From positions 26,836,240 through 26,900,239 of the forward strand of contig OZ316894.1 of NCBI GenBank assembly GCA_973895155.1: a stretch of 64,000 nt of DNA, in the 5' to 3' direction. The position numbers and the translations under genes are program-made. The stretch is from Marsupella aquatica. Its lineage: Eukaryota; Plantae; Marchantiophyta. Shown here in pieces: positions 22,878 to 34,316 of this stretch; positions within the stretch are counted from its first letter, which is position 1; every line of letters starts with the position of its first letter. The notes under the pieces were generated by a model. It was not told the origin of the DNA. It was given only the letters and a program-made list of their open reading frames with translations, and made no database searches.

Positions 22878-23402
22878 TCAGTACAAATACCACTCCTGTG
22901 CTCGATGATAGTCAACCCTCAGGTACTCAGGCAAGTACATTAAGTCATCTAAGTCTAACCCAAGATCATGCCATGGTGGTCTACGATCAGTGCCTACAAG
23001 TAGTAGTTTCAATACCTTCCATTGTGGGGACATGGCTACCAAGTCCCTCCATTGGGTACTAATGAGTCGATATTGGCAAATGTCCTGCGCTGATGACATG
23101 GGAAGAACCCTAGGCCATACATTTGTGACTACTAAATCATATGGCAAAACATGTAGCAAACTACTACATTCCTCATCATCCTCTTCACACCCGGCTTCAC
23201 ACTCATCTGCCGAAAAGTAAACCTCCTCCTCATCTACCTTACAATACTGTACAACAGATTCAAGGTTGACAATGGTTCTGCCAGGTGGGGGTACAAATTG
23301 TCGGATTACCAAACCAACCAGCCAAACCACCACAAAATACATCCATGTAGCCACCCGTATGAGGAGTCTACATATGGTGTGGCGGTCTGGAATAAATGAC
23401 AT
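22878..23402 (-). CDS. CACTA B accessory hydrophobic-helix/FFAT-like/F-box-like protein
   Basis: Homologue of 6806-7339. Shares YFSADE, VWPRVL, SAQDIC/GAQDIC.YRLISTQWRDLVA, LLVGTDRRPPWH and GLDLDDLMY.PEYLR. Confidence 0.78.
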   Translation of the reverse strand: MSFIPDRHTICRLLIRVATWMYFVVVWLVGLVIRQFVPPPGRTIVNLESVVQYCKVDEEEVYFSADECEAGCEEDDEECSSLLHVLPYDLVVTNVWPRVLPMSSAQDICQYRLISTQWRDLVAMSPQWKVLKLLLVGTDRRPPWHDLGLDLDDLMYLPEYLRVDYHRAQEWYLY

Positions 23403-24028
23403 ACCGAGTGTAGTGTTTCACCTCCAGCATTCACTGGTGAGAACCTACAACATGGACATGACAATAAGCTCAGCTCCCTCATAATTTGTACTTGCCACTC
23501 CATAGTTGTCTCTTTTGAGTTCATACTGTGAATTTTTATTTGCAGAAAAGTTTTACGTTTTATGTCTTTGTTTCATGTGTTTAGGATGCTTCTTTCAAAC
23601 CTGAAACTCTATTGCTACCCACAGACAGCAGGTTGAAGAAAATACCCCATTGGCAATGCCCCATCCATGACACCCAACAAACAAGACAACCAGATAAACA
23701 CTGGGTCCAAACAATTCAATCACATCCACAGTATTGACATCCATAAACATCAACTAGGATGGACCTCATATTGGTATACAAAATAATTACCAAATAAATA
23801 AGTAGAGTTTGAGTACTTTGATTTTCTAGACAGCTGGCCTTAGTCAATTAAACCCAGAGCATTGTCTCCATGCTCGTGCTAACCATTCACACAGTGAATA
23901 AAATGTGTGAACAAAATGTGTAAACAAAATGTGTGATGCGGACAAAACATCATTGTTCCATTAACTAACTAAGTGTATCGATGTCTACAGTAGTATTGAT
24001 GTATTTGAACCAAAATGGACCACGTCAA

Positions 24029-24682
24029 TCAAAGCCAGGAGATGTGATCATGAGCTGCTGTGCCTAGAGCAGGGTCAATAGGATGGTCAGGACAGTAAAT
24101 CATCCAACGTCCCTGGTCATGTGCAGTATGATGCCAGGGCACTCTGTCCGATGCAAAACCTTGACGCTGGCTCTCGGCTAGGCAAGTACGATGCCAAGTT
24201 TTGGGACATCTCAAACACTGCACGGCCTCTGCCAGATGAGGGTCACGATGGTCTTGCTGGCATGCAACACATGTATGGATGGGGCAAGACTCCACATCAA
24301 GTGGCAAGCATCCATGACAATAAAAACGAACACAATATGGCTGGGGGCACTGCCTGGCTACAACAGAGACAATGCCACACTGAAAACACCTGTATGTCTT
24401 ATCCTTACACTCTGGACAATACCAAGGATCGTCATCCTTGCCTGGTGCAATAAATACGGCAGGGCATGTGCCGACAGCTTCACCAACTTTGGAAACATGG
24501 TGGAAGTGCCGATGGCAAGCCCCATCACACATGGCCAGATCTCCATGCCAGTCACAAATGCCACAAAGCTGGGGACTACACTGACGTTTCTCAATGTCTG
24601 ACCACAATTCAATCATCAACACATCTTCCTCCTTTCTCATTCGAGTATCATTCTTTCTGGCTTTATGCTTGGTCCTAGCCAT
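24029..24682 (-). CDS. EDM2-type multi-PHD protein with H3-tail-like N-terminus (CACTA B)
   Basis: The ATG at 24682 gives MARTKHKARK. CGICDWHGDLAMCDGACHRHFH...YCVRFYCHGCLP...CPIHTC...CLRCPKTWH...IYCPDHPIDPALGTAAHDHISWL is colinear with 8963-9643. Confidence 0.85.
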   Translation of the reverse strand: MARTKHKARKNDTRMRKEEDVLMIELWSDIEKRQCSPQLCGICDWHGDLAMCDGACHRHFHHVSKVGEAVGTCPAVFIAPGKDDDPWYCPECKDKTYRCFQCGIVSVVARQCPQPYCVRFYCHGCLPLDVESCPIHTCVACQQDHRDPHLAEAVQCLRCPKTWHRTCLAESQRQGFASDRVPWHHTAHDQGRWMIYCPDHPIDPALGTAAHDHISWL

Positions 24683-25510
24683 TAAGACCACTGGACATTC
24701 ATGAACAAGAAAACTTGAAGAGTTATTACACTGTTAAATTGGCTGTCATAAAACACGTACTACCACTTGCATATTGCAATCCAATATGGGGCCAGGATGC
24801 AGAGGACTCACCAACTGTACTCAACCAAGAGGAAGGCACTGAAATTTGGAGATTGTCTTGATCGGTTTCAGATGTAGTTCTCAATCCCCTCTCACGTCAC
24901 AAGATGTAAAACAAGGATTCATAATCTGCAACAGCACAAATGTGACACAAAATAGTCATTGGACTACATACATGCATCTGATGTTTTGTTTCAAACTCCT
25001 TCTGTAACTAAAGGTTGCCTCAGACTCATTCAATACTATTCCAATTATGCAAAGGACAATAGGCTTGCCATCGAACTCAGAAAAATAATTGCATGGACAC
25101 TCTTCAACTTTCTTCATTCACTATACCCGATCTAGAGCCATAAGGCATATGTGCGAGGGGGGAGTGGGAGTCATTGACAGAGACTTTTACTATTGGATTC
25201 AACTTTCAGTTAACAGTAGATTGTGGGCCTTCTGGAACAGAGTCTTGAACATAGATGTTGAGTGGACTGGTGACATCTTAGATTAAAATGTTGTGCTTAG
25301 TAGATAGGATTTTTGCAATATACTTCAAAACTTTAATTCCACTGAGGTGTTCAAACCCTCAATCCAAAATTGTACGAATATAGAAAAAGTCAGAGCAGTT
25401 CAAGTTATTTCTCAGTGTTTAAGTTACTATTTCATCCAAAAATATGCCTTATCTCATTGCATCCTGGTACGTGCATATTGTGTTAGAATTCCTGCAGCTG
25501 TAAACTAACT

Positions 25511-25963
25511 TCAAATCAAACATGATGTGTCCGAGAAACCCCCAATAGCGGGGTTGGGCAGGGCTGGACACCCGAGATCACTATCCACACCATTCAACAA
25601 TGCAAAGTGATTCCAAAGGATGCATATCCTCCTACTTTGTTTAGCAGCTTTGTCAGCACCGACCAGGGTTTTTGGGTTGACCACCCTACAAGCAACGCAG
25701 TCATACTGGCAAGAATGGATACATCCATGCGCTAGGATGGCCTTGACGTGTGGCACTTCGCCAATAAGTGACACATACACCACGGATGTGGGAAAGGGTA
25801 ATGCCACAGGTGGAGGCTGGCTGTAGTCATTCTGGACTACAACTGGATAACAAAAATACCATGTAGAGTGGGCTGGCCATGTGCCACGTCTGACAAACTC
25901 CAGACGCAATCTCTCTGCGGTGCCTGCAAGACTCTGAGAATGAGCGCTGCGAGTCCTCACCAT
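25511..25963 (-). CDS. Small Cys-containing CACTA accessory protein of unknown function
   Basis: 150 aa: MVRTR...LRLEFVRRG..PA.S.WYF.YPVV..N.YS.P.P...PFPTS...GCIHSCQYDCVAC. Homologue in element A. Confidence 0.75.
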   Translation of the reverse strand: MVRTRSAHSQSLAGTAERLRLEFVRRGTWPAHSTWYFCYPVVVQNDYSQPPPVALPFPTSVVYVSLIGEVPHVKAILAHGCIHSCQYDCVACRVVNPKTLVGADKAAKQSRRICILWNHFALLNGVDSDLGCPALPNPAIGGFSDTSCLI

Positions 25964-27949
25964 AGCTTTTCTCGATCACGTCCTGTGCTGCTTTGCTCAC
26001 GTCCACAGCAGGTCCACTCGCTCCTGAAACTATAAGACCATGGTTAAAAAACTGGAGATTTCATCACTGACCCAGAATTTCAGTTTATATACAGGGATGA
26101 ATCCCTGAACGTTTTAAAGGACAAGCTCAGACAGGCTCAAGACTTTCCCAATGCCAACAGTTGGTCATTCTATGTACCCCAAACACAAACAAGACTCCAT
26201 TAACCATAATAGAGTACCAAATAGGATTCCAAGATTCATAAAAGAGAAGCAACAGCAGGAGACAAGATGAAGAAACTCAAAACATACCATTGACCATACC
26301 AGAGTTTTCAATCGGACGGCAAGACCGACAGTAGGCCTAGCATTGATCAAGACAAACAAAAATCTGATACTAGTATAGCAAGTAAAGAGCTTCTTCTCTG
26401 CAACAAAACCAGTTTGTCTCTATTTCAACTGTGAACCATTAGTCTCTATTTAAACAGTTAACCCGGGACGTGGAGAGGACAAGACTATTAAATGACAAGA
26501 CTAAAGAGTATTTCATTCTTCCATTCTGTACTCATCTATAGCAAACAGCAAGCAATATGTGACCAGTATGCTTCTGTAAGCCTTACAGACCAGCAATATG
26601 TGACCTTAAAGAGAGGCTTTTGACAGGAATTCTGGCGAACACGGCCATCCACCAACGAGGGATAGGGGTAGTCCATACAATGAGCAAAACTGCAGAGAAG
26701 AAGGCAATGACACGGATGATGGGAATCCAAAATAGCCAATAGGTACAGAGGATGAGATTCTGAAGCCCAAGCAACAAAGCGGAGTAGCTAGCAACCTAAA
26801 CCTTGCTCTCGACCGCCACTCAAACTTGCAGCTGATCGAATCCCGGCTCTCAAAGTTGTAGCTGAGTCTTGCCTCTCAAACTTGCAGTGGCCCTCAAACT
26901 CGTACCTCAATCCCAGCTCTCAAACCTAGCAAGTCGATCGCTGATCACTCAAACACCTATATAACAAATTTTAATGAAGTTCTAGCTAATAAAACTCACA
27001 GCAACTTGCAGCGCAAGTGAACTCACCGTTGTAGCAGTTGGCAGGCGTCAATTGAGTTCACCTCAAATCTTGCAGCATTACAAGTGTAGCCCAACTCAAA
27101 GGTTGCAACAGAATTTTAACTCACTGTTACTCAAACTTGATCAGCAGTAGCAAGTCACATCTCAAGTCACTTCTTGAAACTGATCTTGCTACACCTCCTA
27201 AAACTGCAAGTCGCATGTCAAGTCGTCTGAGCCTCAAACTGATGTTGCTGCGCCTCCTACAACTAATGTTGTTGCGGCTCCTCAAACTGCAAGTCGCATC
27301 TCAGATGCCCAAAGCAGCAATGTCAGCGCAGCCCAAACAGTCAAACTTAATTGGAGACAGCAACTTACCAGCTCAATCGGAGACAACAACTTACCAGCTC
27401 AATCAGATGCAACAACAGCATGCGCACATCCCAGGCTCAGTTGCAATTGATAACCCTTGCACAACCTCCTCAGTGAGAGAATATGCAAGAAGCTCCCTAA
27501 TATAGCTAAGGATCGAAGGTTTTTGCAATCAACGGAAGTGAGAGGAGTTACCGTAAGTCTTCACAAAATGAACCCAAGTTGGGGCTGGCTGCCGCTCGCT
27601 CAATGATATCAAGTACAGTTGGGCAGCGATTGGAGGAGCCAAAGCCCGATGGATCCCGCAGCCGTGACCTCGTGCAGCTAGGGCAGCGATTGGAGAGGCG
27701 AAGCCCGATGAGTTCATCAGCAAAAGAAAGAATTCCGCGGCGGTGAGCTCACAGTCTCACATTCTCACAAGGCAACAGACCACATTCAGACCTAGACTGC
27801 CTGCAGATCCAACTCCCGTTTGGAAAAAGTGTTACCCAGGTTGAAGCTCAACTCAATGAAGTACCAGCTCAAAGTTGGCAGACCCTAAATCGCAGCTTGC
27901 AATGATTGAGAACTCTATCAAAGCCTGTAGCTCGCTCCAACAGCTTGTA

Positions 27950-28200
27950 GCTCCGCACAACACAACACTCCTGCGCAGCCCTCCCGCAGCGCTCCGCAAA
28001 GCACTCCCGCAGCACACTGCACAACACAACACTCCTGCGCAAATCTCCGTGACCCACTGCCGAGAAGAATGATAACGGACCCCAGCTCAATCGGATAACA
28101 GTGAGCTAGCTTGGACGCGCAGCTCCGCACAGCACAACACTCCTGCACAGCCCTCCCGCAGCGCTCCGCAAAGCACTCCCGCAGCACATTGCACAACACC
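27950..28200. repeat. Two copies of a CA/GC-rich ~80-bp unit, 172 bp apart
   Basis: ctccgcaca.cacaacactcctgc.cagccctcccgcagcgctccgcaaagcactcccgcagcaca starts at 27951 and at 28123. Confidence 0.8.
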
Positions 28201-29599
28201 CCTGCAGCTCCACGAGCCCTGATCTGATTGCAAACTCTTTGGGCACAACAGAAGCGCAACTTTGCTAAACCCGGGGCTAAACCCCTCGACTCCCTCGCCC
28301 TAAACGCTTTGTGGCAGCCACACAAACACAACATTCAACGTTGAGTCTCGATAGTTTGTGGGAAAAATAAAACTTGACTCACAGGCCCGCGGGTGCAAAG
28401 AGCCATTTGGCGCGAACCTAACTGACATGTCAGCCGGCCCCTAGAGTGATCTCAGCCGTCCGGATGAAATGAGACTACCTTGAGTGATCTCAACCATCAA
28501 TGAGGCTGAATTTGATGTTAAGCCAAGGCCCCCAATCCCTCTACTTCAAGTGTCTAAATTACACTCCAAGCATTGTCTAACCCCACAAAATAAGTCCTAA
28601 GTCATGACAACTCTGCCCTCTCAATGTATAGCAAAAAACCAATAATTTCCAATATGCCACCAACAATATTAGGTGGTATAATTAGGTACTAGTAAGTATT
28701 GTCGCATGCACTAGACTTTCTTTGTGTGAAAAATGACATCATCCATATGGACTTTTTTGTGTCATTAATGAAATGATCTAATACGAGTCTGACTAATATA
28801 ATGCCAATTCAAACATTTGTCCTAAACCCACATTTTATTTTATAGAGTACCCAATGAGCTATCACTTTTTGCCTATTACCAATTTTAATACCCTAGTACT
28901 CCTTTCAAGTGTGTTACAAATCACACAAAGCTTGAGAAGAAATGTAGGTGGTGCCAGGCCACCAAACAATACTTTTTCTATGACACTCAGTTGAGAGTTA
29001 CATAAACCATCCGGAAACCCCTCGCTTCTACGTGCCCTAAACCCTGTACTTCATTTAAATTGCTATCATATTCTCTGGATATATTATTATCCCTTGGCAC
29101 CATTCACTTAACTTCTCTGGTAATTTAATTATCCACTCCGACCTTCAATCACTATGTTTTTTGTCAATGTTAAGTGGTATATATGTAGTCTTGCAGGTAT
29201 AATCCTTGGGAACCACCACATCCAAAGTGGTTTTGGCCAATCCTAAAAAACACCCCACTACTTACTTGATTGCAAGTTGTTAAAAAGAAACTATAATTGT
29301 TGTATCACAAAAATGGGGAACCAAACCACCACATTCAAAGTGCTTTTGCCAGCCCTCAAAAACCCACTACCTCTTTGCCAGTGGTTTCAGCAGTCTATCA
29401 CTAAAATGTTGGTGACATTGTTACTGCACTGTGGTGACAATCCAGTATGACATGATCTGTAGTGGTATTTACAAGATCTCTGTCCCTTACTTGATTGTCA
29501 GTTATTTGTAAATTACAACATTTATGTCATTTATCACTCAAGACTAGGTGATGGTACTAGCACTAGAATACATGTGAGAGTTTGGAACCACATTGTTAT

Positions 29600-32530
29600 T
29601 GAAAGTGTTTACACACAATTTACCCCATTCCACTTACTTCTCCACTAAAATAACGGTGATATTCTAAGTGGAATTTCCCTACACCCTCAAACTACCTCTT
29701 TTGCAGTGGTTTGGGAATTATGGCCACCCTACGACTACCACTACATCAGAAGTTCTTTGGAGGACTGCGTCATGTACCACATAAGTTTGAGTGAAAGTTT
29801 TAGTCACAAGAAATGAGGGCTTTGAAGCACATTATTTTGAGTGGTTTGGGGGGTGACAACCTTACAAAGAGAATATGTAGGCCATCTAGCTTTAGGCAAG
29901 TCTCGGAGGGCCATCATTAAAGGAGGAGGGTTGGGCCCGCCGCCATAACAATTCCTCCGTGTTAGCCCCCCCATGGTGAAGCCGTGGGACACCCCCATCA
30001 TGTGCGCCAACCAGTTATAGCAACGACAATGAGATTGTGACGCATAAATTGCCAAGGTGGAGAGATTTGAGGCACCCAAGTGATGCAAAATCATGAACTC
30101 CACACAAATCACTCCAAGACTCTACGGAATTACAAATATGGGGCTTATGTGATGCATCCACACAATTCACTCCTTTTAGCACTAGTTCATGGCAAGTGGT
30201 CACACTAAAGTGTGCTGCATCACTCAAATACAGGTGCAATTTGTAGTCGCCAAAAGGCAAGGGCCTGAAACTACCTTATGTCAAGTGGTTTGGGTTGGTA
30301 CTTACAAATGCAATTCATTGCAAGCGTTCATACCCAATTTACTTCTCAACTCAAATAACAGTGGTATCTTAAGTCGCATTTCCCCTAAACCCTAAAACCA
30401 CATCATTTGTAGTGGTTTGGGAACAACAATCACCCTCAAACTACCACTTCATGAGAAGTTGTTTTGAGAATGGATGATGTACCACCCCAACCTGAGTAAC
30501 AATGTTAGTCGCTAGAAATGTGGGCTTTGAAGAACAGAGTTTTTAGTGATTTGGGGAGTGACAAACTTACAAGGGATAATGAGAAGTGGATCCACCTCGC
30601 GGAAATTGTCATAGGGCCGCGATTAAAGGAGGAGGGTTGGGCCCGCTGCCATAACAATTCCTCCATGTTAGCCCCCCAATGGTGAGGCCATGTGACATCC
30701 CCATCACGTGTGCCAACTAGTTATAGCAACGACAATGAGGTTGTGACGCATAAAATGCAAAGTGGAGAGATTTGAGGTACACAAGTGATGGAACATCATG
30801 AACTCCACACAAATCACTCCAAGACTCTACGGAATTACAAATATGGAGCTTATGTGATGCGTCGACACAATTCACTCATTTTAGCACTAGTTCATGGCAA
30901 GTGGTGGCACCAATGTGTGTTGCATGACTCAAATATGGGTGCAATTTGAAGTTGCCAGAAGGCGAGGACCCGAAACTACCTTATGTCAAGTGGTTTGGGC
31001 TGGTACTTACAAATGCACTTCATTGCAAGTGTTCATACCCAATTTATTTCTCAACTCAAATAACGGTGGTATCTTGAGTCGCATTTCCCCTAAACACTAA
31101 AACCACCTCATTTGTAGTGGTTTGGGAACAACAATCACTCTCGGACTACCACTTCATGAGAAGTTGTTTTGAGGGATACATGATGTACCACCCCAACCTG
31201 AGTGACATTGTTAGTCGCTAGAAATGCGGGCTTTGAAGAACAGAGTTTTTAGTGATTTGGGAGTGACAAACTTACAATGGATAATGAGAAGTGGATCCAC
31301 CTTGCCGCAATTCTCGGAGGTCCAGGATTAAAGGAGGAGGGTTGGGCCCGCCGCCATAACAATTTCTCCATGTTAGCCCCCTCATGGTGAAGCCATGGGA
31401 CACCCCCATCACGTGTGCCAACTAGTTATAGCAACGACAATGAGGTTGTGACGCATAAATTGCCAAGGTGGAGAGATTTGAGGCACCCAAGTGATGCAAC
31501 ATCATGAACTCCACACAAATCACTCCAAGACTACGTAATTACAAATATGGGGCTTGTGTGATGCATCCACACAATTCACTCCTTTTAGCACTAGTTCATG
31601 GCAAGTGGTCAAACTAAAGTGTGCTGCATCACTCAAATACAGGTGCAATTTGTAGTCGCCAAAAGGCGAGGGCCTGAAAGGACCTTTTTCGGAGTCAATT
31701 GGCCGTGTACATATAAATATACTTCATTGCAAGTGTTCACCCCCAACTTCTCAACTCAAATAAAGGTGGTATCTTAAGTTGCATTTTCCCTAAACCCTAA
31801 AACCACATCATTTGTAATGGTTTTCCCCCCAATCACTCTAGGACTACCACTTCATGAGAAGTGGTTTAGAGGGATGCGTTATGTACCACCCCAGCTTGAG
31901 TGATATTGTTAGTCGCGCTAGAAATGAGGGCTTTGAAGAACATGGTTTTTAGTGATTTGGGGAGTAACAAACTTACAATGGATAATGAGAAGTGGATCCA
32001 CCTTGCGGCAATTCTCGGAGGGCCACGATTAAAGGAGGAGGGTTGGGCCCGCCGCCACCACAATTCCTCCGTGTTAGCCCCCCCATGGTGAAGCCATGGG
32101 ACACCCCCATCACGTGTGTCAACTAGTTATAGCAACAACAATGAAGTTGTGACGCATAAATTGCCAAGGTGGAGAGATTTGAGGCACCCAAGTGTTGCAA
32201 CATCATGAACTCCACACAAATCACTCCAAGACTCTACGGAATTACAAATATGGGGCTTATGTGATGCATCCACACAATTCACTCCTTTTAGCACTAGTTC
32301 ATGGCAAGTGATCACACCAATGTGTGCCTCATCACTCAAATATGGGTGCAATTTGTAGTGGCAAGAAGATGAAAGTCCAAAAGGACCTTATGTTAAGTGG
32401 TTTGGGCTCGTATTTACCAATGCACTTGATTGGAAGTTCAAACACATAACTTTCCTAAGTCAAAACATGGTGGTATTTCAAGTGACAGGTGCCCAAAACC
32501 CTCAAAGCACCTGTTGTGTAGTGGTTTGGG
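29600..32530. repeat. Tandem array of about 4 x ~705-bp units in the subterminal region of CACTA B
   Basis: The anchor aggaggagggttgggccc recurs at 29921, 30627, 31332 and 32033. Confidence 0.92.
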
Positions 32531-33558
32531 TACAATTTGTAATAAAAATAATTGTTTGTCGCTATAATTCCGGAGGCATGCATATTGTGACTGAAAATGT
32601 GTGTTGATAATGACATCATGGGGAGAGGTTTTGGACATCACAAAATAATCTGTTTAATTTTCAGTCATTTATCAAAACTGTTTTGACACTCTAATGTTGG
32701 TGGCATTTGCAGTGGCAAAATGTATTTAAAGAATGACATTACTCATAGTGATTTCTAAGAATGGAAAATGATCTACTTTATTTCAAGTCATTTGCAAGGT
32801 CCTGCATTGACACTCTACTCTTAGTGGTATTTGGAGTCACTAAAATGTGCGAAGAGAATGACCTTCTTTAGAGTGATTTTGGACTAAGGAGGATGTGGCA
32901 CTTGGTTTGAAGTTGCATCAAATAATATTTATTGGACTCTAATATTAGTGGTATTTGTAGTCAGACAATTTGTGATAATAATGACTTTATATGTAAAGAA
33001 GTTTTGTACATTGACAATTAATTCACTCAATCTTAAGTTGTTTGTAAGAATTTCCTTGTCACTAAAATATTTTAAGTAATTTTGCCAAAATTCATTTGTG
33101 ACTCCACTGTTGGTGATATTTACAGTAACAAAAGGTGTGCTCACAAATGACATTATTTCAAGTAATTAAGATCACTTGGAAAAGCTTCACTTGATTGGAA
33201 GTTGATTGAAAAAACACCTTTACCATTCAAATATTGGTGGTATTTGTATTTGTAGTGGTTTTGGTTAGTAGTAAAATCTTAGTTGAAAATAGAGTTGTAA
33301 ACATCGACGGTAGAGTGGACGGTGGATTGTAGTGATTTGTAAATTTGTGTAATATACAACTCTAATTCAAGTGATCTAATTTTTAGTGGCAAAAAAAAGA
33401 GTTGTAATCAGTGATTAAGGTAACATAGTTCTAAGTAGAGTAATAAAATGCAGATTATTACAACCCATTAAAAAAATAGTGGTTGGCACCACGTATGAGT
33501 GATTTAGGCAAAGTAGTTGCAGGGCCTGTAGTAGTAAAACACAGGTTTTCTTCTAGTG

Positions 33559-34316
33559 AGGGCGACACTTGTGCTCCTGCCTCATTGTACATAGGTAGAT
33601 TACAGTTAGGTAGATTACAGTAGATAGATTAGGCTTACGCTGCAAGGAATCAGGTGGATCCACGACCAGGATAAGTACCTGGGCTGCGGGGAGTTCAGGG
33701 CCTCTTCTTTAGCAAGTTTTTAGTTGCACCAATAGGGTTGGGATCAAGTAGTAAGAGAAGCTCTCGGTTAGTTATACAGTGACCTTGTGTATATCCATGT
33801 TTCCTCATACCTAAGAACTGAATAGAGTTGGCCTCACGACTTAGTTTGTAGAGCTTGTGTATGAGATGTACTATTTGTATTGCAAGTGCAGGGTATAACT
33901 CAGTCAGAAGGAGTCATTTTGCTATTTGTGTGTCGCATTAACTTGTGTGAAGAGTGCCCACATCAACAAGAAGAAGGGAAGTAAGCAAGGGAGTGAGAGT
34001 TGGATGTGTCGAGCTGAGAGAGGTCTTAGCGGCTTAACCAAACCAATTGGGGATCATTCCGATGGCGGAATCCAAATATACCTAACCAACAGAAGGGAAA
34101 GACAAGAGAAGGCATAGATTGGGCCAACTGCGTATCTCATGACCCGATGAAGGATCTGTCCAGTATATGTGTGTAAAATGTTAATAGTAGTAGTAGGAGG
34201 TTAGCAGCGTCCCATGCCGCTAAGCCGCGAAAACGGCCTCGCCAAGCACAAAACCTGCGGGAATCGGCTTGGGCGGGGGGGTTTCTTGGGTTTGGGGAGC
34301 CATGGGATGCACCACA
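33559..34316 (+). mobile_element. 3' portion of an LTR of the same family as 10472-15131, interrupted by CACTA B
   Basis: Colinear with about 14363-15131 (cacttgtgctcctgcc...ggagccatggga.gcaccaca). Similarity stops exactly at the terminal CA. Confidence 0.9.

Larger units (their letters stand above)
19829..33558 (-). mobile_element. CACTA transposon B, 5' part; the remainder is displaced to the left by nested element A
   Basis: acaggttttcttctagtg ending at 33558 reads CACTAGAAGAAAACCTGT on the minus strand. Many subterminal GTAGTGGTTT / GGTGGTATTT motifs over 29200-33550. Contains TnpD and accessory genes. Confidence 0.85.

Noticed and set aside
29804-32351. Recurrent short ORFs in the 705-bp array
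   Set aside because: By-products of the repeat; frames are not preserved between units.
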